From Lama glama (Eukaryota), in the NCBI GenBank assembly GCA_028534125.1, contig CM052817.1:88352001-88416000 (forward strand): a stretch of 64,000 bases of DNA. The letters are read 5' to 3'. The position numbers and the translations under genes were made by a program. Under the pieces are notes generated by a model. It saw nothing but the letters and a program-made list of their open reading frames with translations. It ran no database searches and had not been told where the DNA came from. Every line of letters starts with the position of its first letter. The first letter of the stretch is position 1. Below are positions 1 through 13,699 of the stretch, piece after piece.

Positions 1-879
1 TTTAAACCGGTAAAACCTGGCTACTTCCCCCCCCCCCACCCGGTGACTGAAAGGGAATTGCTATAAAATGAAAATGAAGTTACATGCTTCGGAAACTTGG
101 ATTTAACAAGGAGTGCTAAAATTCAACCTTGCATTAGTCATTATAATTTTTGACACTGTCTTAATGTGTGAAGGAAGAATTGAACTCTTGAGCTAGAAAG
201 GGCATCGTTAAAAGACAAGATTGCCTTTCTGTATGACAGATATTAATATTAGATCATTTGCTTGGCTAGGAGCAGAGCTTGTGAGGTGTATGGAGGCCAC
301 ACAAATTTGGTTGAGATTGAAAACCTTTCTTGCTGTATTTCTTCCTTCTTCCTCAATACTTTCCCAATGAATTAAAAGAAATATGACTGAGTATTAATTG
401 GTTTTGCTGCTGTGGTCCACATTTGTTACAGAAAAAAGACATTCCATTGAAGTGCTTGATTCAAATAAGAGCATTCTGCCTTGTCCTGGAGGCTTTGAAG
501 ACAAAATATTTTATGTTTTCAGAAAATCCAACTTGCATAGAACCTGAGAAATGTCCTTGTTTGTAATGTATCCCTTCCACAAATGCACATACCAGCCAGA
601 TGTAACTCAAAACAGCCAGTTATTTTCCTTCAAAATAAAAGAAGACAATTTCGGATTTTGTGTTTTATTTTCCCCACCAGACCATTAATTAACTCAGAGG
701 TTGAAATGAGGCATCTCAGAAAAATTATACACATTTAAGTTACAGTTAAGAAAGAAAAAAAAATAGAGGAAGAACAAAAGGAAAGAGGAGAAGGGAGTGA
801 GTTTAAGCACATGTGTATTCACTAGCTTGTCATCGTCCCTGCAACATAGACAGAGGAGGATTGCAGTTAAGGCTAATGA

Positions 880-1060
880 AGATGGAACCCAACTTCCTGA
901 GTTCACAACCTGACTACTACTTATTAGCTGTGTAGTCTGGTGCAAGTTGTACACTGTCTCTAGGCTTCACTTTCCTTTTCTGTTATATAGAATAAAAATA
1001 GTTCCTTCCTCCTCAAGTTATATGGACTTGAGCTAATATTTCTATAGCACACAATACTAC
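880..1060 (+). mobile_element. MIR SINE
   Basis: Core-like ctacttattagctgtgt...caagttgtacactgtctctaggcttcactttcc. Confidence 0.7.
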
Positions 1061-1409
1061 ATACAGAACTTTTTAAATATAAATAACTGGTCTCTGTTGT
1101 GTCACAGACAGGTTGATATATGGTTTTTGTAACTTTCCTAGGTTATGAAGTCATTTGAATTTGTAGTTTCTAACTTAACTCTGGGTTGAAATGGCTTGGA
1201 TCTTGATGTTGGGTAAAGACATCTTCTTGATACTGCTGGTGTCTGCTGGGAGATGATTCTTTATGGGTCTCTACAAATTTCTTGAGTTAAAAAGCCTGGA
1301 GTTGCAAGTGGATGTGATGTGTTTTGAAGCAGGACAGACAGAGATTTAAAACCAAGGATCTGTGATGTCAAATCTAGAAACAACAGCTTGTAAGAGGCAC
1401 TGACCCCAG

Positions 1410-1571
1410 TTATCTATCTAAGAGTAACAAAATAAATTATAAAAGAATGTGCAAATGTTTGATTTCATCTGCATAGTCAGTGTTATGAAGCGCAAATACA
1501 CCGTTGAGTTTTCTCTACTCCTGGCCAGGTATTCACTTCCCACCCAGAGTGGTAGACATGACACAGAGATT
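1410..1571 (-). pseudogene. Probable last coding pseudo-exon, PXC C-terminus-like
   Basis: cttctttAG acceptor. Reads SCLPLWVGSEYLARSRE then, after a frameshift, VFALHNTDYADEIKHLHILL, similar to PXC 'L..LVG...AR...IF.ALQ...NKHLLY.L'. Confidence 0.5.
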
Positions 1572-2139
1572 CTAAAGAAGATGGCTACCTTAAAGTGTAT
1601 GTCAACCTGATCTTCAGCAATTGAACATTCAGTGATTTTAACAATGGTCATACAGTCGGAGCTCAGTAAACAGTTGCTGCTTGCATTTCTGCCTGATCTA
1701 TAAAGGCTTTAGTTTATCATCTAGTGCCTTACAACTGACTTCCTTTATTTTACATGTTGGGACAGAGGGCTTAAGATTTTCTGCCAAGAGGGAGAACTTT
1801 AAAGTTATCTGCAAATATGGAAGCCATTTTGATGCCAGTTACCAATGATCGGCCACACAGGGAATTGAGCAGACATGAAAAATGTAGAAAGGAAAATGAC
1901 AGGCTGCTATTGAGAGGGTGGGGCTCCAGATCCTCTGCTAAATGCTTCCTACGCGTTGTGGGTTGGGTGTATTACTTATGCTCTGCAGGCTCCAGCCTGA
2001 CATCTCTGAAATGGTGATGCTCATGACACCTAACACACCATGTGATTGCTTATCGGATTATATAAAATCATACAGGTATGGCATTGAAAGTAGTGCCTGA
2101 CTCCAAAATTGGCATATAATACTTTTGATTATGAAATAT

Positions 2140-2255
2140 TTGTAATAACCCTATGAACACAGATAATATTATTTTATTCAATTTTCAAAGAACAAAATTT
2201 GGACTTACAAAGAGTGAGTCACTTGCCCTGAGTTGAACAGCCGGTATGTGGTGGC
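2140..2255 (-). mobile_element. MIR SINE
   Basis: ataaccctatgaa...gagtgagtcacttgccctgagtt. Confidence 0.6.
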
Positions 2256-2890
2256 GATTTAAAGAAAAGCAGCTCACAGTGACTGTAGCACGTAATCCTC
2301 CTCAAAAGGTTGCAAGTGCCTTGGGGTGTGAGGCCAAGATGCTTTCCAACAATGTGTTGCTTGGTAATTAATCTGGCATCCTAAAGTATATTCCACAATA
2401 TATTCTTGTTTATTGTATGGTTATATAAGCAAAATCTGTTCTATCAGTTTTGATATTTTTCTTTGGTATTTTTTTGAAAATGTAGGAACCAACTTATGAG
2501 ATGGGGTCATTTTCTCCATATTTATCATTGCTATGGTATGATCATTATATCTTTTCTTAACAACTGTAGAAACTATATAATTAAATATTAATTTGAAATT
2601 CCATGTGAGTATAATTCAGCGGTTATGAAAAATCACAGTTCCCTAGTGTAAATCTACTCGAGTCAAAATTTTGCCACAGGCAATTATGACTCATCAGTAA
2701 TGATTTCCTTTAAAATCAATTATAATGGCTCCTTACAAGATGCTGTATTACAAACTGATTCATAAGAACGTATGGCACGTGACTAAGTGATAGACGTTAA
2801 GGTACAAAAATGCAGATACCACTAACCTCTAAAGTCTTATTTAGAACGAATGACCTTAAGATACACTGTTATGTCCATCTAAAGGCTCAC

Positions 2891-3034
2891 CATTTAAATA
2901 AATCTATCCTTTCCTTTCTTTGTAACCATTGTGCTTGCTGTTGTTTTCAATTTGTGAGCCAACTCTCTCACACATATCTCCCCAAATCAAGCCCCAGATC
3001 GAATCACAACTTCCCTGTGTACAAATGCGGCTTT
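2891..3034 (-). pseudogene. Pseudo-exon, PXC-like
   Basis: Long T-rich tract, ATG|GTGAGC donor, 144 nt. Fragments SIWGLIWGD and VRELAHKLKTTASTMVTKKGKDRFI. Confidence 0.45.
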
Positions 3035-3486
3035 CTTATATCACAGCCAGGAACAAAAACAAAAGAAAAGAGAAGCAAAACAAAACATTGTAAAAGAAGG
3101 ATATCTTTGCTATTATGATTACAAATATATTTAAATTCCACAGCGTTAGTACTCTGTTGTCAGTATATGTAATATGAATAAACTTGTATTTCAAATAAAA
3201 CATCAACTAGTCAGCTAATCAAGGTTCCCCTTCAATATGCTATCTATACATATATATGTGTATGCATAAAGAAAGTGAGGGTTTTATAGATAATTGAAAA
3301 TCAGAAATAGTTCCAAATTAACTGAGATTCCATTTTGTAATGCTTTGGAGGATTTTAGCGTCTCTAATTATTTTTCCTCTTAGCTATGGTCTTTACTAGG
3401 CTTAAGAACCAAGGGAGTGATTACTTGTGGATAAGTTTTCCATTTGTACCTGTCTGAATGGAAAATTGTTTACCAGGTTTACTTAC

Positions 3487-3538
3487 ATCCTTTACTAATG
3501 ATTTTCTGGTTCAGTTACATCAAATCAATTTTGAACTT
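3487..3538 (-). pseudogene. Short pseudo-exon
   Basis: tattCAG acceptor, GTAAGT donor, 52 nt with stops. Confidence 0.3.
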
Positions 3539-3789
3539 CTGAATACATTGGAAGGTAGGGAATGGCGCAACGAGAAAAAGTTGACTCAAAACATATCACA
3601 GAATCTCGTTTCATAGATTTAATAAACAACTGCTAGTACTCAGTGGGCTACATGACACATAATAGGTGCTTTACAAGTCATTATGGAAAAATTACCATTG
3701 TTCTAACTACAGATATTTGGTATCCTCTAGGACTTCAGTCTCATTAAAATGATGAATGCATTTTGATTGATGTTAATCTTGAACTGCTA

Positions 3790-4005
3790 ACAATAATCAT
3801 TACAATATACCTATTATTTACTGTGTGCTTATTATTATGTGTTCAGGCACTAAGCTAAACACCTTATGATAGTATCTCATTAAATTCTCACATTACGTAC
3901 TGCAATAATTTGGATTCAAATATGAAGGAACAAAGACAAATGGGAGATTGAATAGATTTCCCCAAGTTAAGTAATCAGTGAATGTGAAGTTGGCATTAAA
4001 ACTCT
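3790..4005 (-). mobile_element. MIR SINE
   Basis: gtgcttattatgtgttcaggcactaagctaaacac...atctcattaaattctcac. Confidence 0.65.
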
Positions 4006-4223
4006 ATCACTACGACCCCATTACCACCGTCGCTACTGGGAATTCTATTATTCCTCAAGCTACACTATTCAACTCTCTCTATTCGGTACAGCAAACAGGA
4101 GTTTGAGTAAGAGAAATTTTGACTGAATTTCTGGGAGATAGCTGCGAGTAGGGTAAAGATCATTGAGTGACTTTTGCTTCTTATCAGCTATACAACTTTT
4201 GGTAATTCATGATACTTCCATTA

Positions 4224-4690
4224 CTTTTTTTTTTTCATGGTGTATGATCCTTTTAATGTATTGCTGAATTTGGTTTGCTAATATTTTGTTAAGGATTTTT
4301 GCATCTACGTTCATTAGGAATATTGAACTGTAATTTTCTTTCCTTGAGGCATCCTTGTCTGGTTTTGGTATTAGTGATGCTGGCCTCATAAAATGAGTTT
4401 GGAAATGTTCCCTTCTCTTCTGTTTTTTGGAGGAGTTTGAGAAGGATTAGTATTAATTCTTTGAATGTTTGGTAGAATTCACCAGTGAAGCCATTTGGTC
4501 CTGAACTTTTGTTTCTTGGGAAGTTTTTAATTAGGGATTCAGTCTCCTTACTTGCAGTCTGTTCAGATTTTCTGTTTCTTCATGATTCAGTCTTGGTAGG
4601 TTGTATGTGTATAGGAATTTGTCCATTTCTTCTTGGTTGTCCAATTTGTTGATGTGTAATTGTTCACAGTAGTCTCTTATGATGCTTTGT
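4224..4690 (-). mobile_element. L1 ORF2 (RT region) fragment
   Basis: [48 protein letters not shown] is L1 ORF2. Confidence 0.95.
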
Positions 4691-5544
4691 GCTTTAAAAT
4701 CAGTTTTCAGTTTTATTAGATAAAATTGATACAGTTTGCCTGCATATATAGAATATACTGCATGTAAATACGTATCTATATAATGTACTGCACGTATTTT
4801 TTAAAACTTACATATATGTACTGTTCTTTGTTTCTAAGAACAGTTTAAAGATTTAGCTTTTTAAACTTACATAGTTTTCAAAGGAATAATGACTGTGAGA
4901 TAATATTTCCATTTGACTAAAAAGTTGTGAGAGTTTAATAGTAAAGAGTTGTAACCTTTTAACACCTCAAACAAATGTTAAGGTGTTTTTATACATTCGA
5001 AAGGATAATACTTTCTTCAAATATTTCTTCATTTATTTTCTCAATTTTTTTTCATTTTGTCTTAATTACCTTTAGTTCATTATTAGTAAAATTTCATAGC
5101 CAAATACACTGACTCATACAAAAAAGGCTGACAATGCTCAAATGTCTGATCACCAACCTCTCATTCTTAAACATTGTCTGACAACCCAACTATGTATCTC
5201 ATTTCAACTCACTCCCTTTAATTTTCATGACCTTTTAAGCCCTTTCCCTTCTGAAATGTCCAGCCTCTTTTCTTTCCCCCAACACATAGCTAACAACTGT
5301 GCCTCATATTTAGAGAGAAAATTGAAACCATCTAGTGATAGTGTCTCCCAGGATTAAAGATACAAGCCTGCCTATACTTCTCCATCCACTTTCACCCACT
5401 TCGTTCCTGATATACCAGAGAAGCTTTGCCTCCTCCTAATTCCAATCCACCCAAACCTTCCTGCATTTTCTGAAATGTTGGAAAATGGACAACTCTCTCA
5501 GTTCATTTGTATTGGCTTTGAAACACTGGGGCTATTAAGTCAGT

Positions 5545-6003
5545 GGCCTCAAAGTGAATTTTATGTCTCCAGAAAGCACACCCTTGTATAATCCTCTTTC
5601 TCATCAGCTTTGGCTTGGGCACAGGATTTGCTTTGGTCAATGGTACATTAGCAAATATGTGACAAGCAGAAGTTTGATAAGCACTTGTACATTAGGGCTG
5701 CTTCTTTTAGAAAACTCTTGGAATTCAGCTGCTAAGTTATAAGAGAACCTAAGTTAAACCCCTTGGTGAGATAGAGGTACTAAGGCACCAGGTGTGTGAG
5801 GTCCAGCCTTCTTGGACCTTCCTACTGGCTCAACTACCAGCTGTGTATAGTTGTGAATGACCCCATTGATATGTCATGTGGAGCACATAAATCACTCAGC
5901 CAACTCCTGCCCAAATTAAGACCCACAGAAACATGAAAAATAAATTATCACTGTCTTAGGCTACCTCATTTTGAGGTGGCTGGTTATAAAGCAGTAAATA
6001 GGC
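5545..6003 (+). mobile_element. MaLR LTR (MLT1G/H-like)
   Basis: gatttgctttggtcaatgg...ttttgaggtggctggttataaagcagtaaatag terminus. Confidence 0.75.
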
Positions 6004-6089
6004 TCCAATATTTCCTCTTCAGAGAACAAACATAAAAATATAACATAAAAACAAATACAGACATGAGACCTGACCATCCTGTATCTTCT

Positions 6090-6720
6090 AATTACCATAC
6101 GTACACACAAAAAAGTTCACAAAACAGTTTTCATCACTCACTATCCAATTGTCACAATTCAGTCTTCAGTCCACATGGCTATGTCTACTGCCCTATCCCA
6201 CCAAGAACACAGCTCCACTGCAAGAGAATCATTGCCTCCCTTCCTCTAAACTTTATATTTCTTTTCTGATTTTAAATGATCTCTTAAAAGCCCTGAATTC
6301 CTTTATAAAAATCCCTCCTTGAAACAGTTCCTTCCTTTACTTTATGTTTCTTGATTTTTTTTTCTGCTTACCTCTCTGGCAGGTTTGGGAGTCTCTTTTA
6401 AAAGTGTATGCTCCCTTATTCCAAAATTAAATGTTAATTCTTCTACAAGGATGCATCCTAGATTCTCCCATCTTTTCCTTCTTTTCTCACGATCTAGGAT
6501 CTACTTTCTTACCTGATGTTTAGTTTACCACTTGTACTTAAATGGCTTTCAAGTGTCTTCCAGTGTTTCCTATTTAAATCAAAATTACCACCATTCACCC
6601 AGTTATGCAAACTGAGATTGATCCTTCATATCTATCTCAAATTTCATGTCAAATAGAGCCCCAAATTGCTTTTGATTTTACTTCTTAAATATTTTTAAAC
6701 CATCCACTTTATCCATAACA
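6090..6720 (+). mobile_element. L2 LINE fragment
   Basis: Pyrimidine-rich L2-like motifs such as caccaccattcacccagttatgcaaact. Confidence 0.5.
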
Positions 6721-6794
6721 ACAACCTAAAGTGATATATATGTGTGTGTATATAATTGTTTTAACATAATATTTGGTATACTGCTGATGCTCAC

Positions 6795-6998
6795 TTGTGC
6801 TAGTTTTGCTTGATCTAAGCAAAGAGCAAATCTAACATAAGATTAAGCTTAGGCATTCAGCATTCAAAAATGATGAAGAAATAAGTGATGAAATGTGTAC
6901 GTCTGATATTGGGTATGAAGTTTGACCCCTCAGAGAAGTTAAAGATGAAGTTCTACTCTTAACAGATATTTTAAAGTGTAGCATATACTTCAGTGGGT
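6795..6998 (-). pseudogene. Pseudo-exon, S-rich leading into PXC-like helix
   Basis: 204 nt, phase 1 to 1, A|GTGAGC donor. Reads DPLKYMLHFKISVKSRTSSLTSLRGQTSYPISDVHISSLISSSFLNAECLSLILC*ICSLLRSSKTST. Confidence 0.45.
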
Positions 6999-7058
6999 CT
7001 AGTGATAGGTTGCCTATTTTGAATCTCACTATCTGGGAAGCTAGATGTCTATCACTTC

Positions 7059-8488
7059 TTTTTTTTTTAATTGAAGTATAGTCAGTTGTGTTAATTTCTG
7101 GTGTACAGCATAATAGTTCGCTTATATATACATACATATATTCATTTTCATATTCCTTTTCATCATAGGTTATTGCAAGATATTGAATATAGTTCCCTGT
7201 GCTATACAGAAGAAACGGTTTATCTATTTTATATGTAGTAGTTTGTACCTGCAGATCTTGAACTCCCAATTTATTACTTCCCATTCCCTTCTCCTACTGA
7301 TAACCATAAGTTTGTTTTCTGTGTCTGTGATTCTGTTTCTGTTTTGTAAGTAAGTTCATTTGCCTTTTTTTTTTTAAGGTTCCATATGTAAATAATACCA
7401 TATGATATTTTTCTTTCTGTTTTCTGGCTTACTTCAGTTAGAATGACAATCTCCCAATCTCCAGGTCCATCCATGTTGTTGCAAATGGCATTGTTTTTAT
7501 TCTTTATGACTGAGTAGTATTCCGTTGTATAAGTGTACCACAACTGCTTTATTCAGTCATCTGTCGCTGGACATTTAGGGTGTTTCATGTCTCGGGTATT
7601 GTAAATAGTGCTGATATGAACATTAGGGTGCATGTATCTTTTTGAATTAAAGTTCCCTCTGGATGTATGCCCAGGAGTGGGATTGCTGGATCATATGGTA
7701 AGTTTATTTTTAGTCTTTTGAGGTATCTCCATACTGTTTTCCATAATGGCTGCACCAAATTACATTCCCATCAGCAGTGTAGGAGGGTTCTCTTTTCTCC
7801 ACACTCTTTCCAGCATTTATTGTTTGTGGACTTTTGAATGATGGACATTCTGACTGGTGTTTGACACCTCATTGTAGTTTTGATTTTCATTTCTCTGATC
7901 ATTAGTGATACTGAGCATTTTTTCATGTGGCCATTTATATTGGCCATTAATATGTATTTATTGGAGAATTGCTTGTTTAGGTCCTCTGCCCATTTTTCAT
8001 TGAGTTTTTTATATCATTATTATTAAGTTGTATGAGCTGTTCACATATTCTGGAAATTAAGTCCTTGTCAGTCTCATCTTTTGCAATATTTTCTCCCGTT
8101 CTATACGTTGTCTTTGTGTTTTGCTTATGATTTCCTTTGAAATAAAAAGCTTGTAAGTTTAATTAGGTCCCATTTGTTAGTTTTTGCTTTCATTTCTATT
8201 GCTTTGATAAACTGCCCTAGGAAAACATTGCTAAGATTTATGTCAGATAATGTTTTGCCTATGTTTTCTTCTAAGAGTTTTATAGTGTCCTATCTTATAT
8301 TTAAGTCTTCAAGCCATTTTGAGTTTATTTTTGTGTATGATGTGAGAGAGTATTCTAACTTCATTGATTTACATGCTGCTATCCAGTTATCCCAACACTA
8401 TTTGCTGAAGAGACTGTCTTTACTTCATTGTATATTCTTGCCTCCTTAGTCAAAGATTAATTGACCAAAAGTCTGTGGGTTTATTTCT
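7059..8488 (-). mobile_element. 5'-truncated L1 (ORF2 C-terminus plus 3'UTR)
   Basis: Poly-T, then L1 3'UTR and the WYTYTTEYYSVIK motif; homologous to the copies at 17.7 and 32.3 kb. Confidence 0.95.
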
Positions 8489-8504
8489 TAAGTTTTCTTT
8501 ATAC

Positions 8505-8657
8505 CTATTACATGATAAAGTTGCTAATAATAGTATGGAAGCCCAATAGCTCATGGTTATTTTCTGAAGTGGTTGGAGCATTTTCTTCAAAAGTGAGAAT
8601 TTGGAAAAAGGAAGAAATGGTACTTCCATTTTTATATGAACAGGCATTATTGACAAC
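8505..8657 (-). pseudogene. Pseudo-exon (VVNNACSYKNGSTISSFFQILTFEENAP...)
   Basis: T-rich tract plus AG acceptor, TAG|GTATAA donor, 153 nt, open until two terminal stop codons. Confidence 0.45.
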
Positions 8658-9489
8658 CTATCTACATACAAAGTAAAAAAAAAACAAAAACAAAAAAACA
8701 GGCTTCCCAAATAATTGATATCTTTTCTTACAGTCACCATATGAGTTTATATAATCATATAATCACAACCCCTATTCCTCTCCCTGCCTAACTTCTTTTC
8801 TCAGAACTCTCTGTGTTTCTAGCTTTGGAATAACTTTTAAACTATCTGATCCTACGACAGTTCATTGTTGACCAAGAGTTGTTTGGCCTTCTATTTTCAC
8901 AAGTAGTCAGAGATACCAGTTGCAAGATATGGTTTTAAATTGCCCTTTCCTGAGCTTGGCAGCTATGTGAATTCTCATTAAATTTGTAATATTTATGACA
9001 GGATGCATGCATGAGGAAATCATTTATTAATACCATATTTGTAGTGAGGCCTACAAGAAAACCTGTCCTTTGGATATAAATATAGTCAAGAATGCTATTA
9101 AAAAAAAAAAGAAATGAAAGAAAAAAAAAAAGAAAAAGGAAAAAGAAAAAAAACATACCATGACAGATCTCTGCTATGGCTGTAGAACTCTACTTTAAAT
9201 TACATTAAAAACTGACATATATATTCTTAACATACTCTTCAGACCATGATTAATATATATTTCACTTTTCATCATGTGAGGAAAGATGATATTATGGTTG
9301 AACCCCAGTTCCTGTTTTGTATATTAGTTGCAACACAGAAATTAGAAAAAATTAGAGTTCTTATTAATGTGCATTCTTCAAGATGAACTATAAATTATTC
9401 ATGTTTAATAGAAGTCACTGCAGAAATAGAACTAAGAGTTAACCACTAAAATTTTTAAACTTTTTATAAATAAAATAATTTCTAAAATA

Positions 9490-9757
9490 TTAAAGTATAG
9501 TCAGTTTACAATGATGTGTCAATTTCTGGTATACAGCATAATGCTTCAGTCATACATGAAGATACATGTGTTCATTTTCATATTCTGTTTCACCATGAGT
9601 TACTATAAGATATTGATTATAGTTCCTGGTATGTTACAGTATGAACTTGTTGTTTATCTATTTTATATTTATTAGTATCTGCAAATCTCAAACTCCCAGT
9701 TTATCCTTTTCCACTCCTTCCCCCACTGGTAATCATAAGTTTGTTTCTATGTCTGTG
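9490..9757 (-). mobile_element. L1 3'UTR fragment
   Basis: Same 3' end as the 7059 copy (aagtatagtcagtttacaatg). Confidence 0.9.
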
Positions 9758-11756
9758 ATAGATAGAAAAATAATTTTTTTTTCAAAGAAAGACCCTTATT
9801 TTAGGATTCTGTTGGACTACAGGTCATAAAGGATATAGCCATTCTCTATAGAATGCAATTATATTTTTATTATTCAGTAGAAAGAAGAATAACTGACTAT
9901 AGGAATATTCTTATTTTTGTGATTTTTCATAGTCCGAGACAGCAAGGTTTTAAATGTTTTAAAAGTGTTTAATAGTAGTAGCAGTATTTTTAAAGACTTT
10001 TAAAGAGTGCTGACTCTACCTTTCCACTGTTGGCTATTAAAAAGTAGGTTTAACAAAGACTTCAACAAACTATTTCTCTATTGTTCTTGAAATAGATATG
10101 CGGATGCATAATCTTTGTGCGTATATACACATGCACTTTTATGAAAATGTGTTTTTCCCATATGACAAATTTGTTAATGCCTGTTACAAAGTGCCATCGT
10201 AATACTTTTCTGTTGAACTGACTAAGGGAAAAGATCAAGCAAAAATTTGCAATAGTGAGTCAAATTTCCACAAAGTAGAAGTTTGCTAATGTATGGTGGA
10301 GATTTTAGATGGAAAAGTATATCCATAGATTGATGCACAGATTCACAGTTGCTTATCAGAAATTTTAACAAGTTGAAATTCAATTGTAGAATTCACCAAT
10401 AGGATAAATGTCTCCAATCTCTGATTAGTAAGCCCACAAATGTTGGATCTTTCTTTTTGAAATATAGATACATAATTATGCTCACAGACATTTTATTGCA
10501 TAACATTAAAGAAATACAAAGACAGATTCTGTGGAAAGTGGATGATTTGTCTATAGGTAAATTGTAATAAGAAGTCATCAAATTATAATAGTAAGTTTAT
10601 AAAAATGAACTTGGGATATGAGAGTTTAATTTTTGCCACAGAACTTATTCTGGCCTGAAACCAAAGTCAATTTTTGAAATTTTGACTGATTATATTCTGA
10701 TCTGAACAGGTGATTGATTTTCATAGTTGAATTTTCAGTAGACAGAGTCTTATGTAAATTCATGGTGGAGAGACGAACTTCCATGAATTTCTAACAGTCC
10801 TGCCCCCTCCCTCATTTTCTACACCTCACACATAATTAGTATGTATTATATTTTGTATTAAATGATTGGATAGAGAGTGGTTTTCTCATCTAAATATCTA
10901 CTTTTCAGAAAACATTCTCAGTTTTATAGGTCTCCAGTTTGATTACTAAAATGCACCTGCCTAAATCGTTCTGTCTTAACTTCAAATTTGATTCATACAT
11001 TTACCAGCCTGGCTCTTGTTTTTTTAATAAAAATCATAGATGCATATACAAATTTAAGGTCATCAGTCATTCCAGTGTTATATAGAAGCATTCACTTCTC
11101 TAAAAAGCAAGCATCTAAAGAGCCAAATTGGGTATTTCATACAATTGAACATTACAATTAATTCAATGCAGACTGACTTGCAAATACATAAGCACCAATA
11201 GAGAGGAGAAGTAATATAGTCAGAAATTACCCATAATTAAATGTAGAATTTCTTCCATTCAGAGTTAAAATTATAAAAACTTTTATATAATATTCTTAAA
11301 TGAGCTAATTTTATTAAGTTTTTATTGTGTTATGTAATCATCACAAAACCTCCGTGATGTAAGTTTTATTTTTATCTCAAGTTTTCAGATGTAGAAAATG
11401 ATCAAGTGACTTGATCTCCATAAGAGCAGAGGGAATTCCTTGGAAGACATTTCCAAAAGGCCAGGACTTCTCACAGATACTAACTTTAATGGGCAAAGAC
11501 GTATTCAGCAGATTGCAGCATCTACTCACTCCTCAATCCCTCTCTCTCTCTTTATACAAATGCAAACACACAAGCACACAAGCGCATATGCACTATTACC
11601 CGAACATGAGTGCCTGTGGCTACATTCCCTCTCCCACTAGCTCTTGCCTGTGTTCTCTCTCTCTCTCTCACCCGCTCCCCTTTCTTTCTGCTTCCTAAAA
11701 GTTTTACTTAACCCTAACCATTGCTCTTATAAACACCTGGAAAGGGCAGATCTTAC

Positions 11757-11786
11757 CTGACTATTATAGGCAGCATTTGGATACTC
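11757..11786 (-). pseudogene. Short pseudo-exon (EYPNAAYNSQ)
   Basis: ttttctgttAG acceptor, CAG|GTAAGA donor, 30 nt, open. Confidence 0.35.
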
Positions 11787-12227
11787 CTAACAGAAAACCA
11801 CAGTACAGATGACACCTAACTTCATAGCTCACCCCCCTTGTAAGTTTCAGACACTACACAAGCAAATAGAGCATTTGTGTGCTTATGTATGATATGAACA
11901 GCGACTTAGCAGAAAGTAAACCTGAAGACAAGTTTAATTATCTGTTTGTTTTCTTTAGTTTTCTCTTGCCAACTTAATAAATGATTAAAAAAAAACTGCT
12001 ATGTATTAAGTAGGATAAATTATTATAAGCTCTTTAATCATTAATGCAGTAAAATGAGTGCTCTGCTGTAAAAATACATCCTAAAACAGTAGTTATGTTT
12101 GTCATAAAGTGTTGGCACCCTGGACAGATTAAAAAGAGTGCTGAAAGTCTTTATCTGGAAGAGCAGCTCTCAGATGTTATAAAGGTCCTGTAGAAATACA
12201 CTTATGTAATGTTTCTATCTCACTCAC

Positions 12228-12305
12228 CTCTCAGAGCACAGATGTGTTTGTGAAGTAAAGGTTTCCTTATGATTTCAGAGGACTAATTCTGTGTTCATTG
12301 TCATA
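12228..12305 (-). pseudogene. Pseudo-exon, PX-like
   Basis: ttttctctctactttCAG acceptor, GAG|GTGAGT donor, 78 nt. One frame gives HKETFTSQTHL (cf. PX 'YREFLNLQTRL'); LRAALPDK follows at ~12140-12175. Confidence 0.45.
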
Positions 12306-12961
12306 CTGAAAGTAGAGAGAAAACTTTTAATGCCTCAAAGAATTCATTTCACGTCAAGTTTTTCCATTAATTTAATGTCCTAAGAATTCACACAGGGGTT
12401 TTGGCAGTGGTTTGGCATTAAACTGCATTTGAAGTGCCTACATAAGACGCAACAACATCATTACCTTGAATTAAAGTGCAAGAGGAACACTCTACTGGGA
12501 GCATTATCATATCCTACACGAGGAAAATAATTCATGAGTACTCTTCATAAAATTAGCTTTATTTCTCCATTCTAGGATGATAGAACAGTCTAAAGAATAC
12601 GTTCTGAATCAGTAGCAAGCTGCCCCTCCTAAATCTCAATAACTGTCTAGGGTAATCTTCGACAGCTGGGTGCTATTAGGATTTGTTCTAATGGAGACAA
12701 TGTGGAATTCGCTAACACAGGGCTTATTGCCACTTATCCAGCAGGGGCATGAAATGAGGTGACATGGTAATGAGTTGATACAAATGACTTTTGTAACTTT
12801 CACACTGCTACCAGGCAGAAGCAGGCAATCAGAGGGAAAACTATTGTCTGCCTTTCGTGATGGTTTTAATGTGTTCCATTTGATTTAATACTGCTGGTAG
12901 GCAAAACGTGAAAGGAAAGTAGGTCACTGCCTCTTTTCTCAGATAACAGGGCAGAACTTAC

Positions 12962-12994
12962 CTGGTTTATGCTAAGACTTAACATTTACTTTCG
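12962..12994 (-). pseudogene. Short pseudo-exon
   Basis: ctctctttgtcatCAG acceptor, CAG|GTAAGT donor, 33 nt. Confidence 0.4.
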
Positions 12995-13699
12995 CTGATG
13001 ACAAAGAGAGATATTTTGAGCTAAGACTTATGCCATTCATGGTAAATGTAGTTTAAAATACTCCTAAGAGGAATTATTAAGCAGTAAAAGAAAAAAAATC
13101 TAATTTTAAAATGATACAAATTTATTAAAGTAAAACTGAATTTAGCTACTTCCATACTCATTGAGAATAAAGGGCTCTCATATGGATAATCAGCATTTCA
13201 ATTTAGGAATTTCTTAAGTTAGGAGTCGGACATAGTTTGTGAACATATGTAACTATTAGCCATTTTACTACTGCATCATTATCACAGATAAACTTCTAAG
13301 TCAGAAAACTTGGTAAGTGTGAACATAGCATTTGCTAAGATTTTAACTCCGAAAAATAAAAAGGATCTTTTGAGGATAGTCTTCTATTTTTGTTTACAGG
13401 TCCTTTTAGTTAAAACTTAGAACAATTAAACTGGCAAATGTATAAGATGTTGACCTCATTAATAAAATATGTTACATTTGTTGGCCTAATTCTTCCTCTC
13501 TTTGCAGGACTTTTATTGAATTTTATTATAAATGCCATTTTATATTAAGTAAAGAATTAACAGTCAATATAGCAGTTTAGACGTTTTTATATGGGCAAAT
13601 AGTATATAATAAAAAAGGAACACTTACATTTTGCAATGATTTCATTTCTATCAGCTTGGTACATTTTAGGAAAATAGCTAAAATATTGCTTCCATATTA

